This document shows positions 51,323 through 63,009 of a stretch of 64,000 bases of DNA, one piece after another. The stretch is from assembly GCA_051362555.1 (NCBI GenBank), contig CM120640.1:70534788-70598787 (forward strand), written 5' to 3'. How positions within the stretch are numbered: position 1 is the stretch's first letter; every line of letters starts with the position of its first letter. Source of the DNA: Lingula anatina (taxonomy: Eukaryota > Animalia > Brachiopoda). The notes under the pieces were generated by a model, which did no database searches, was not told the DNA's origin, and was given only the letters and a program-made list of their open reading frames with translations. The position numbers were made by a program, and so were the translations under genes.

Positions 51323-52054
51323 CTAAACAATGTGTTACTATTTAACGCTGCAGCCGCAATAAACGCAGGCCACGCTCACGCTGGCTGGCAGTTGTCACAG
51401 GCGCTTCCTTCCCGATGCCAAATTTGACCTATTTCCGGGTTGTGGTGAGCGATCCCACAATCCCCGCAGTTCAAGAGAATATATTGGTAAAATACTTTAT
51501 TTTCGAAACTGATAGCTACCCAGTGTCAGGATATTTTTGTATAATCAATTTAATCGATCAGAATTTTAATTTTCTTCCATCATTTAATGGAGACGTACTC
51601 CAAACTTTGAATTGCTCTTCTCTTGAATTAAAAAAGGGAAAACATTGAGAGCAACGCTGGAAGCACTGAAGCCTCAAATTTCAGTACTATTTTCGCTGGT
51701 CTGTACACTACGTTACTTTTACTTTTGATTTAAAACCAAACAGCGGTTCCTTAATAAGCATACATGTGTTAGAATTATTAATCACAACTTTATATTAAAT
51801 GGATCATCAAGGTGACTAGAAATGAGAAAAATGATCGTCTGCTGTTTTGATGGATCCGTCTATCCGAAAATTTTCTATGTTTGTTCGGAGGCTCATTATT
51901 GAACTTCAATGGCCAACAGATTCCAAAAGTGTCGCTGAAAGTATCTATCAAAAAAATTAGCATTCAGATTTTCTGAGTTGTTCAAATTTTCAATAGAAGC
52001 TCGCTAAGTAATATCACCCATTGGGCCTCGGAGTAGCTCCATAGATAAAGATTG
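51323..52054. promoter_or_regulatory. Probable bidirectional promoter with non-coding first exons of CYRI (minus) and the RAD51AP2-like gene (plus)
   Basis: Minus-strand donor TTTAG|GTAACT at 51322, plus-strand donor TTG|GTATGT at 52055, CpG-enriched patch 51340-51470 between them; matching acceptors at 47561 (minus) and 52165 (plus). Confidence 0.55.
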
Positions 52055-52199
52055 GTATGTCTTAGTTGTTATCGTGATTTTATTTGTTAAAAATATTAAA
52101 CTCTTATGATTGAGGCATTTTTATCTCTATTATTTGACAATTTTATACTCTTTTGTTTTTTTCAGAAAAACTTGAATGGTGATTTAAAAGACAGTGAGT

Positions 52200-55100
52200 A
52201 TGATTAACATGGATTTTGATCCTGTGACTGCAGTGCCCTCAGACTCAGTTGGCGCTTTCTTCACCAGTTCTGACCACTTTCAGCATTCACTTACAGCTGA
52301 GCATGAAGAGAGTACTCCTAGTCAAAACTCCAAAAGTTGTCTGCATCAAGACTCTATCATCAAAAGTAGTTCCTATACAAATGATGGTCACCATGTTCAC
52401 TTTTCATCCCCTTTGACAAGAATCCACATATTGTCATCACCAGATAGCTCTCAAAGCACCCAGGATGCTTCTGATATATTTGAAGAAGAGTGCTCTTCTG
52501 TAAAATGGAATGCAGCAGGCAAGATGCTCCACAAATTAACATCTGTTGATGGAGGAGAAAAGGGAGATATAAATGAACACCTTCGGGAGCAGGTTGTCCC
52601 ACGTTCAGATGATGAGAAAAATGGGTCTGAACAATGTGGCAGGGACAAGGTGTACATTCATCTGGGTGACACATTTAAAGATATAAGTCTGCAAATGTCT
52701 AATGTTGTCTTGGGAAAAGACAACCATGTAGCACATTCAGTAAATGACAGCCTTTCTCCGCCGAGGTTTTCTGATTATTTGTGCACAGAGAAAAACATTT
52801 GTCAAAATTTTCCAGAACGTCAAGGCTTAATTGAGGACACTGCTATTAAAGAGAAATCAGGCATCCTAGATGTTGTAGAAGAAGACTATAAAATGGCTGA
52901 CATACAAAATGAGCACAACAATGAGAATACAGAAGAGCACTTATCAGAAGAAACAATATCAGGTGGTTCATCAAAATCATTGCCAATAATTGTTGGAACA
53001 CATGCTAATATACTGGTACAACCTTTTGAGAATCCCTTGGACATGGCCAAGCAGTCAGAATTGTCACCAAAGAACAAAAAAGTATCCCACTTGGATTCAC
53101 AGAAAGGATTGATTTACCAAAGTGAAAGCAAGGAGAGTGTAGAAATGCAGGCCAAGGAAGTCATTTCTGACATTTTGAATTGTATCTGTATAGAAAACAA
53201 TTGCCAAGGCATAGAGAAGGAAAGCCAAACGGCAGTTGACAGCATCTCAATGTTTAGTAAGCATGTAGTACAACAGGAAAGTAACATGAATTGCTTGAAA
53301 AGAAAAGCTGTGACTTTTGACAGAGAAAGTGAAACGCCTGATAGTAAAGTGCCAAAGATGGAAGCAACTGAACTTTTTGTCCACCAATACTTATGTCATA
53401 AGTCAGAATCCAAAGGTGACTTTCCCATTGCAGCAGAAGACAGTGAAAGACAAATCCAAGAGAACAAGAGTCCTTTTTGCATTATAGCAGAAAACAATGA
53501 TAGCAACATCCAAGAAGACCAGAATGATTGTCCCATTATAACAGGAGACAGTGAGAGTCACATCCAAGAAGACAAGAGTTATTTTCCCACTGAAGCAGTA
53601 GCCAGTGATAGTCATATCCCAGAGGACAAGAGTCATTTTTCCATTATACATGTAACAGAAAACAGTGATAGCCAAATCCAAGAAGACAAGAGTGATTTTC
53701 CCATTATAACAGAAGTCAGTGATAGTCACATTCACAAGAACGAGTGTGATTTTCGCCCTGAAGCATATGACAGACATTGCCACAACCATATAGATGACGG
53801 TCATTGCCACATCCAAGCAGATGACAGCCATTGCCACAGCCAAGCAGATGACATTCATAGTCACATCCAAGCGGATGACAGCCATTGTCACAGCCAAGCA
53901 GATGACATTCATTGTCTCATCGAAGCAGATAACAGTCATTGCCACATCCAAGCAGATGACAGCCATTGCCATAGCCAAGCAGGTGACAGTCATTGTCACA
54001 GTCAAGCAGATAACAGTCATAGCCACAGCCAAGCAGATGACAGTCATTACCACAACCAAGCAGATGACAGTCATTACCACAGTCAAGCAGATGACAGTCA
54101 TAGCCACAGCCAAGCAGATGACAGCCATTGCAACAACCAAGCAGATGACAGTCATTGCAACAACCAAGCAGATGACGGTCATTGCCACAGCCAAGCAGAT
54201 GACAGTCATTACCACAGCCAAGCAGATGACAGTGATCAGCTAGTACCATGCACAGGAACATTCAGTGTTTCCTGTAATCTGTTACAGATGCATGACAGTG
54301 CCAGTAAAACAGGGTCACCCTATGGGAGCAGTGATGATGGTGAGAAATCTTATTGTTTTATTTGACCTTCCATAAAGTTAAATATATGTAATAATGTGTT
54401 TTAGCTTCTACAGAAATTATTGAAGTGAATCATATTTTCATTTAATATCACCATTAGAAGTAAGTTGTGAAACTATTAATTTTTAAAACTGATTTCTAGG
54501 TAGTTGTAGCAAACTTTACTCTTGTGACATGGACCTGCTAGATGAGATGGATATCCTTCTGTGTAGCCCAGTGGAGAAGAAAGCACTGTTTGATCAAAGT
54601 GTTAGCCCTGTGAACCTTTCCACAGCTACCAGTCCTGTATTACACAGTGACAGCACACCACAAAGTTCATTATCACAAGGTGAGTGGAGTTTTGAAATTT
54701 TGGTCCTGTCCATTTCCTTAAGTGAAATATCACTGTAAAATGGGTTAGAAAAAATTTTCACTCTTTTGTGCTATTCTGTTGGTTGCAAATATTACTTAAC
54801 GCAAGACTTTGTTTTATTATTTCAGGGACAAACTCTCCATCAAAAGATACTGTGTTCAGATGGCAAAAGCAGATTGTTAAAAATGCTGGTATGGTCCAAT
54901 GTATCTATTTTGTAATCTTTAGTGTTCTGTAGTTAAATTGAAAGGTATGATTAATTTACACAAAGTATCTTAAATGAAAACTAATTTAATCACGTAAACA
55001 ATTTCAGCACAATATATTGATTTAATGTTGAATCAGAATGAATAAAAAATGTCAAAAGTAAACAGCAGACTTGTTTTGTCCATTCATGCAGGTATCCTGT

Positions 55101-55269
55101 AAAAATTGTAAACCAATATATTGAACATTTTGTTCTAGTGCCAGAGGACAGCCTCCCCAGTATACTGCCACTCCCTACTTGTAGAAAACCACTGAGGATA
55201 GGACTATCCAGGAAGCAGAAAGTACAACCACTACACTTACGATTTCAACCTAAACATTCACAGAACTGA
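52200..55269 (+). CDS. RAD51AP2: RAD51-associated protein 2-like: long acidic disordered protein with C-terminal RAD51-interaction motif, ~837 aa
   Basis: Exons 52200-54339, 54500-54679, 54826-54888, 55139-55269 join in phase 1 through GT-AG introns. C-terminus ILPLPTCRKPLRIGLSRKQKVQPLH matches the RAD51AP1/2 RxGLSR..(V/I)..LH motif and, as I recall it, the RAD51AP2-type PLxTCxxPxRIGLSRK extension. Start codon (52200 vs 52209) uncertain. Confidence 0.75.
53410..54236 (+). repeat. Coding tandem repeats: ~6 degenerate 17-aa units then ~17 copies of a 27-bp/9-aa unit QADDSH(C/Y/S)HS
   Basis: CAAGCAGATGACAG(T/C)CATTGCCACAGC repeated ~53790-54236; preceded by DSHIQEDKSDFPII-type units ~53410-53760. 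Confidence 0.95.
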
Positions 55270-56708
55270 ACTGCTTTCTAAATAAATGATTTAATGATGT
55301 TTGTTTTTAAATTTATTGTGATAATATTACATGAATATGTATGTATGGGAATCTAGAGTACATACAATTTTCTGAGGAATATATGGTTCAGCCTCATTTG
55401 GTTTGTTACAGTGAAAATGTGATGTAACCTTTAACTCATAGATTGTTGTTAATGTTTATTACCATTCGATTTTATTGGAATTTATTATAGAAAATTGTTA
55501 ATAGTTTATTATTGATATTTTGTGCATTTTTAATTATAAATTTACATGTGAATATTTTGCAAATCATTATTTATACATATGGATATATTTGAATCCTGTA
55601 TAACCACATTTTGCACAGAGTTAATATATATTAACTGTTTTAAAATTAATGTTGAGTTTTAACTTTTTTTTTTTGCCTTTTTATCATAGCCCATAAAATG
55701 AAATTATCTGAGCAATCTGGCTCACTATAAAATGTTTCTGCCTTTACTTTATTCGTTTTAATCTACAAAAAAATCAAAATCCATAAAAAATCTTATTTAT
55801 TTTTTTTATTGTTCATCCATTTAAAAACTAATTATAACGTTCTAAAAAGACGATATATGTAATGAATTGGTTAGAAAACAAACATTTGATTGTGGTAGAG
55901 GTGCCTTGGAGTCTGTCTCAACCACGGCACAATTGCTCACATTTCCTACCTCCATAATCTGAAGACCTGGTCATCGGCTAAACACAGCTGATGCAAATGG
56001 CGCAAATGCTGTTATAAATAGCAAAGAAGTTTAAAGATTTTGAGGTAAATCAAGTTTTTGAGTGGATATTTTATGGTTGATCTCGTAGTTGTATTTATTG
56101 TCTTTTTATATAGTAAAGAAAAGCGCTTAGATTGGTTTACTTCTCACCAGTAATTAATGTTAGATAATATAAATAATACACGACCTTGTCGCTAAATAAA
56201 TATTTTTGATAAATACCGTAGATCGAGATATACTTTTTTTTTACTTAATCATTTTAAATGTGAAATCTATTTTCATATTTCTGTAGTCCATGTGAATATA
56301 ATTCTTTTTAAATGAAAATATGAATCACACGAGCCAGGTCCTTTGTGTAAGGTCAAAGATGTGGACTCTAGATAACACTCATTACGGAGATAAATTTTAC
56401 ATTACAAATTTTCACTAGCATCAAGTCCTGGACATCAAGACAAAACATTTCTGTGAGGAAAAATTACGAAATATCTCCCTGTTCGAATCAGCTGTAGAAT
56501 TTTACATCTTGGGCTTTCAGATGTCCAAGTCAAGATGTCCTCTGTAATCTGGTTCTGTGTCAGACATGTTTTGTTTGAATAAAGGTACACCTTTGCCATT
56601 TGTTATATTTTATTTTGGTTAATCTAGAAGAGACAGGGAGTTGAACAGGTCTAATATTCCTTTAAAGAATTAATTCCCCAATGTTATCATATTTTGTGTA
56701 GGTTCAGT

Positions 56709-59700
56709 ATGGATGAGTGGCAGTTAAACATAGGCCTGATGCAGCGTATCAGGTCCAAATATGAGGCAGCTGGCCGCACCCTGGGGACAGAACTGGCAGA
56801 AGATGGAGCCAGTGGTGGCCCACAGGACTTAGAAGAACACCACGAGGAGGATGTGATCCCTGATACACCAAGGTATCATAACTAACTGTAGCAGTTTGAA
56901 TAGATACTCTTATCTTACTTGTTGTACTGTTTTCTTGATAGAATCCCTTAATAAGACTTACCAACTGTGTGATGTTCACAGGTAATATATCTTATATGAT
57001 AGGTTATTCTGTTTTACGGATAATATCATTTTGGAATGTTCGTACTATATGTAAATGTCATTTGTACCTCACAATGATACTTATGAAATAGTAGTCTGGT
57101 GGTCTTCACCGTTTTCTATATACAGAGTCCTGACCAGTAAATTATTGTAAGATACTGTCCACATAAATAGTTTGGAAATCTCTTTATTGATTGCTTTTAC
57201 TATTTCAGCCCTGTGTTCAATAAAATTAAGCCTCAAAGAGTCTATCTAACAAAACCTATGCAAAATCCAAATGGAAGAGCACACCAGAGCAATATATCAA
57301 GAGAACTCCTCTCCCAAAAATACAACAAGGACAACAGAAAGGATGCATTGGCTCGCCTTAAAGCTCAGCGAGATAAAAGGAAGAATCCTCGTGAAAGCAG
57401 TTCTGATGAAGAAGAATTGGAGCCCAAAAAGCATCAGTCAAGTTCTGGAAGTGAATCTGAATTGGAAGAGACTCCATTGACAAATGGTACAAATCTAGCC
57501 CAAACATTATATACCACTCACCCTGAGCAAGAGCTGGGTAGCCACTCAAGGCTTGCTACAACTGCTGGATCAATGATTAAAGAAGATTCTGCTAGCTGTG
57601 ATGGAAAAAATACTGCTGTTGGCGTAAAGGGGGCAAGCAATATGGAAAGTATTAATGCAAATATTGCCCATGTCTCGGCATGTGCTGAAGCGCCCTCTAT
57701 AGACCATGTTCAGCTGAGTGCCAGTGGGTGCTCTGAGGGAGGTGATGTGGGTACTGGGGATACCAAAGATGACGTGTTGGACATGAGGGGGGTGCCAGGC
57801 TGTGGTAACCACTCCCCTACCAAACAGCACAGTGATTCTGACAGCATGGAAGACAGCATGTCCCTGACTTCTTTTGCTAATAGAGTGAGGAAGAAGAGCC
57901 CTGAACTAAAGAATCCCCCTGACCATGTTGTAGCTGTGAGGGATAGGAATGGAGAAGACGCCAAAAGCTATCAGGGTAATTCAGTCCACAGTGATGATGC
58001 TGTTATGTTGTCTACTTACCAATCCCAAGGTGCCCAGGGAAATCATGCTAGTCTTAGCATCTCCTCAGTCACCAACACAGATACCTCAATCTATGCAGAC
58101 ATGACACCAAACCAGCAACATATAGACCCAGGTTGTTCTGACAGGCTCTCTGATGCTAAAACCTTCTCAGAACCAGGTAGTGTACACCATGATACTGTGC
58201 TGATATCTCCCACTGAGGGGAGACACAGTAATGTCACCAGATACAGTGCCAAGTGGAATAAATTCATGACTGCTGCCAGGCAAAAGTGCGCAGGAGCAGA
58301 AGCTGCTACAAAGAAACACAAAGAAGATGATGATGATGATGATGATTTTAAATTGTCTTCTTCTCAAAAAGCAGCACAGAGATTAAGTGACAGCCAAAGG
58401 AATGAAGGTTTTAAGCCAGGCTGTGGACAGAGGAGGCACAGACTGGCATTCCCAGCCACCATGTCAAACAATGCTTCTAGGTATGAAGCAGTGAGCAAAG
58501 AGGACACAGATAAAAATCTGAGCAGCACGGGAAGTAGCTCAACTTTGACCAAACAGCTTGGAAGAGAAAACATCAGCACATCTCAAGGTTTAGTCACTCA
58601 TCAGGTCAGTGGACTGCTGAAATTATCACCCAGCAGCAGATGTGTTCCTAGAAATGGGATAAAAGGGCAGCAAACCACTAATGTAAGAAAAGCTGAAAAT
58701 GAATTTAAGTCAGCAAGGGAGGAGATGGAAATACGTGACAGGAGCAGAAATAAAGACAGTACACTGAATGCTTCTTCAGCTCATATGAAACCATTAAAGA
58801 AACGAAAACTACCATCGAGCACTAGCAGTGCCTCTCTCCCCAGGACAACTAGTGGCACCAGTAGTGACATCTATCAGGGAAATCAAACAACAGGTGCCAG
58901 TCACCCCAGCACTGCTGTCCCAGAGCTCCAGAACAGAAATCCACCAGTCACAGCTACCTCAGTCCCTCCCCCTACAGCTAGTACTACCTCTGAGGACCTG
59001 GATATTATAGCTCTGGAGACACCCAGTCAGGACACTGCCCCTGGGGAGAGGAGGAGGGGAAAGAGGAGGAGAACGGCTTCTACTGCCAGGAATATCTGGG
59101 CTGCATTAACTCCTGTTGCTAGGGGGATGAGCAGTAGACGACATCAGACCACCTCTCCTACTCCGGGTACATAGATTAACCTTTCTAAAAGATGTGTTTA
59201 TGTCACTATGTGTTTAATTTATAAATTTATGTTAAATCTATATAGAAATACCAGAATGAGGTAGACATCTTAATCTGTTTAGCTTAGGCCTATTATATCT
59301 GACAGTCTGTCCCATTTCATACTGTGCAATATTTATTTTAAAAATAAGCTTTCATGGCCTCTAAATAAGATGATAAAACTGTGTCTTTGAGATTAAATAT
59401 AAAAGAGTATTTGAAGATTTAACTGTAGTATATGACCAGTCATTTAGTCAAGAATAACCATATTATTCAGGTGCTGAGGATGAAGTGATCTTGTTGTCTC
59501 CAGACCCAGTGGAGACCATCAGTCTGATAGAGTCAGATGAAGCCTTGGCCAGAAGACTCCAGGTGGTAGCTTTAACCAATCTCAACTAACACAATCACCA
59601 ATCACATCTAACACAATAGGCACTGTTTCCAGTCAACATGCACTAGCTGTGTTCCAGTGTGTATGATAGGATACAAAAACAAAGAAATAATAATAATAAA

Positions 59701-62088
59701 ATAAAGATCAAAATGCAAGAGAATTTTTGGTTAACAACTTTTTTTTGGTGTTTTTCTTTGAAGTTCATAACATGGTGAGTTTTCAAGCAGCATGCAATTA
59801 AATGTTTCCCATATGGTAAATATCACCATAAGCTTCCACAAATTAACTGTTGTATTCTGTTTGTAACAGGAAGAAATGGACATGGAATATGCTGCCTCTC
59901 TTGCTGCCAGCTCCCACCAAGCAGACAGTCTGGTCATACCTCCTCCTTTACCCCCCTCACCTCCCCCTCTCCGCGGCACAGGGGTTAACCTGTACAGTCC
60001 TGTCAGGATGAGGGGGACCAGGGTGAGAAATGCCAGGGCACCTGTCCCAGTGGCTACTGGAGCCAGAAGTAAGCTACAATTTTACTTCACATTTCATTGC
60101 CATTTGTCAAACATTGAGCAATGTCAAACGTTGCTGTTGATTGTGTCCAGGGTTCATTGAGGACTGACCAACTAATAAAGTTTGCAGCTTCTCTAAACTT
60201 ATTCATTATGAAATTGGTTTCATCATGAAGAAACACTATACTGTGCAGCATATAGGTAACTGGTGCTGGCACACAGGATCAATACTCTTCAATTTCCCTC
60301 AATGAATTTTGACAAGTGAATTACATTGCTCATCAAACTGGATTAATTTTCTCTACATCAATTGCAGTGCCTACATAAAAAAATAAGATTACCTTTAGTT
60401 AGGCTGTTTTGAAGTGCTACAGTATTTCATATTTCCTGTAAATAGTTTTATCACGATACTTTCTACAGTTTCATTCAGCCTCTCTAATGGCTTGTAGCAG
60501 TAATGTATTGACATTGCTTTATTTTTGTTCCCAAATCAATTGATTCTTTTCTGTCATCAAAACAATATATTTATATTTGATAATTGTCATGAGAATCACA
60601 TTGCAAACATTATTACAAAAGTGTTCAAGTGTTTTAGAGGTATGATTGAGCTGTTTGTGAATGAACATTATCTGATTTCCCCCAGCCCGCTCTGGTCACA
60701 TTCAGAATGAACTGGATCACCTGAATGAGGAGGATGTGGCGATGCTGATGAGGATTGGAGCAAGTTGGGGCGTGCAAAGGGTAATTATCCTGAACTCTGT
60801 GTTAAACATAGATTGGAGCTAGTTGGGGCATACAAAGGGTAATTATCCTGAACTCTGTGTTAAACATAGATTGGAGCTAGTTGGGGCATACAAAGGGTAA
60901 TTATCCTGAACTCTGTGCTAAACATAGATCGGAGCTAGTTGGGGCATACAAAGGGTAATTATCCTGAACTCTGTGGTATACATAGATCGGAGCTAGTTGG
61001 GGCGTACAAAGGGTAATTATCCTGAACTCTGTGGTATACATAGATCGGAGCTAGTTGGGGCGTACAAAGGGTAATTATCCTGAACTCTGTGGTATACATA
61101 GATCGGAGCTAGTTGGGGCGTACAAAGGGTAATTATCCTGAACATTGTGGTATACATAGATCGGAGCTAGTTGGGGCGTACAAAGGGTAATTATCCTGAA
61201 CTCTGTGGTATACATAGATCGGAGCTAGTTGGGGCGTACAAAGGGTAATTATCCTGAACTCTGTGGTATACATAGATCGGAGCTAGTTGGGGCGTACAAA
61301 GGGTAATTATCCTGAACTCTGTGGTATACATAGATCAGAGCTAGTTGGGGCGTACAAAGGGTAATTATCCTGAACTCTGTGGTATACATAGATCGGAGCT
61401 AGTTGGGGCGTACAAAGGGTAATTATCTTGAACTCTGTGGTGTCCTGTTTGAAATTTTGGTTATCAAATGAAATTTTTCTTTAAAATAAATGTTTTTCTC
61501 CTATTCAAGAAACATTGTTCAGCCTGTCCCTGCACTTAAACAATTTTTAATGATAAAATTTATTTCTAAATTATAAATGTCTGGTCAGTCACATACTGTA
61601 CGGTATAGATGTACATTTCAAAAGGAAATTATGATATATGATCTTGGTTTAGTGGTTTTATTGTTTTGTAAGATCTGAATTGGGAAAGATTGGTAGCTTT
61701 GCAGAATATTTAAACATTAAATATGACTGTGGAACATTTTCAAACATATATATTTTTAGCTAACAAACAAGGTTCACATTTTGCCTGTGTTAACATGATA
61801 AGTGTGTTTATTGAACATACCCAGTATGCAGGCATTAAGTACCACACAGGGTTAAAGGGTTTTATAAGTTGGTATCTGGAATGGTTGGTGTATTATAGAG
61901 GATGAATGTTTTATCAGTCATCACAGTGGTGTATTGAACTCTGTATCAGTGTAAGTATGATGATGTGTATGTATTCCAGGCAGCTCATTTAGAACAGGCA
62001 ACCCCAGAGCTTGCAGCCCAGAGTCAAAGGTTTGCCTACACAGTGGATGAAGTGCAAGGTTAGCCTCCCTCTCTCCATCCCTCCTTCC

Positions 62089-62185
<97 letters not shown>

Positions 62186-63009
62186 ATAACAGTTTACATT
62201 ATTTTTCGTACAAAAGAATCACTTGAGCAACTGTCTGAATAACCTTTTTATCATTTTTGTATGTTTAGGTATGCTTGATCAAGAAGTCATGCAGTACTTG
62301 GCAGCCAGACGAAATCACCGAGTGAATGCTGTAAGCTAGCCACTGTAGCTCATAGTTGCTAGTAACTTTCCTGTCAATTGTAGTTTTTATGGATTTATAT
62401 TGCTCTCAAAAACAGAAAGAGATAAGTTGTGTATTATTGATTTAGAATGTCAGCTTGGATTTTTATTCAAATATTTCTGGTACTCTGATAGACCGTTATC
62501 TGTTAAATCTATGGTGAAAACTCCAAGCTGTGAAAAAAAGTGATGCATCAGAGAAAAAAAAAGATCCCATTAAAACTTCTTGAAAACATTTCCCATAGTG
62601 TCTATTTCAATTTGGTTATGCTTCATTCAAAATTTCGGTTTGTCTGTGGTTACTTCTGGGAATTGTTAACTGAAATGAAGTCATACAAAGACAATTGAAT
62701 TACACAAGCTCATTTTATCATTAAGAAGTATCTTATGTTTGATTTTAGCCAGATATTTTGATTCTGTACTTGATAAGAATAATTGTATGAGCACTTACGT
62801 TTAGTCAACTCCAATTTATTTTTCTATTCTTTAGAATGTATATTAGAAACAGAAAATGCTGCCTGTTGAAAAATGACATTTTTTGAGTGGCACTAATCGT
62901 GTTATTTCAACTGTTGTAGGTATCAGTGGGGCGAAGGGGGAGGGGCCGTCAGCGCGCTGGACGCACATGGTTATCAGCCTACGGACCAAATGATGGCAAT
63001 GACTACGAG
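56709..63009 (+). CDS. Probable RING-type E3 ubiquitin ligase (long disordered N-terminus, UIM/MIU-like helix), 3' end beyond the window
   Basis: Phase-consistent exons 56709-56872, 57209-59166, 59471-59562, 59870-60068, 60686-60780, 61980-62058, 62269-62330, 62920-63009. Gene structure is well supported; function is inferred from [19 protein letters not shown] and the terminal GNDYE, which resembles the YExLLxL segment preceding RING-H2 domains in RNF38/Arkadia/BIG BROTHER-type ligases. No RING is visible in the window. Confidence 0.7.
60753..61441. repeat. 58-bp tandem repeat, ~12 copies, spanning an exon end and splice donor
   Basis: Unit GATCGGAGCTAGTTGGGGCGTACAAAGGGTAATTATCCTGAACTCTGTGGTATACATA starting at 60753, 60811, ... 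61391; the first copy overlaps the exon ending at 60780. Confidence 0.97.
62093..62181. repeat. (CT)n microsatellite
   Basis: Directly visible, >40 units, intronic. Confidence 0.97.

Noticed and set aside
53403-54261. Antisense and alternate-frame ORFs (272, 149, 114 aa) with repetitive hydrophobic or Cys-rich sequence
   Set aside because: Expected by-product of a stop-free 27-bp coding repeat; no independent splice or start context.
55092-55100. GTATCCTGT resembling a U12 donor
   Set aside because: Imperfect consensus, sits inside an intron already explained by U2 sites, no matching branch point.
60753-61441. Regular array superficially like CRISPR
   Set aside because: Units are contiguous and near-identical with no unique spacers, context is a eukaryotic intron, no cas genes.
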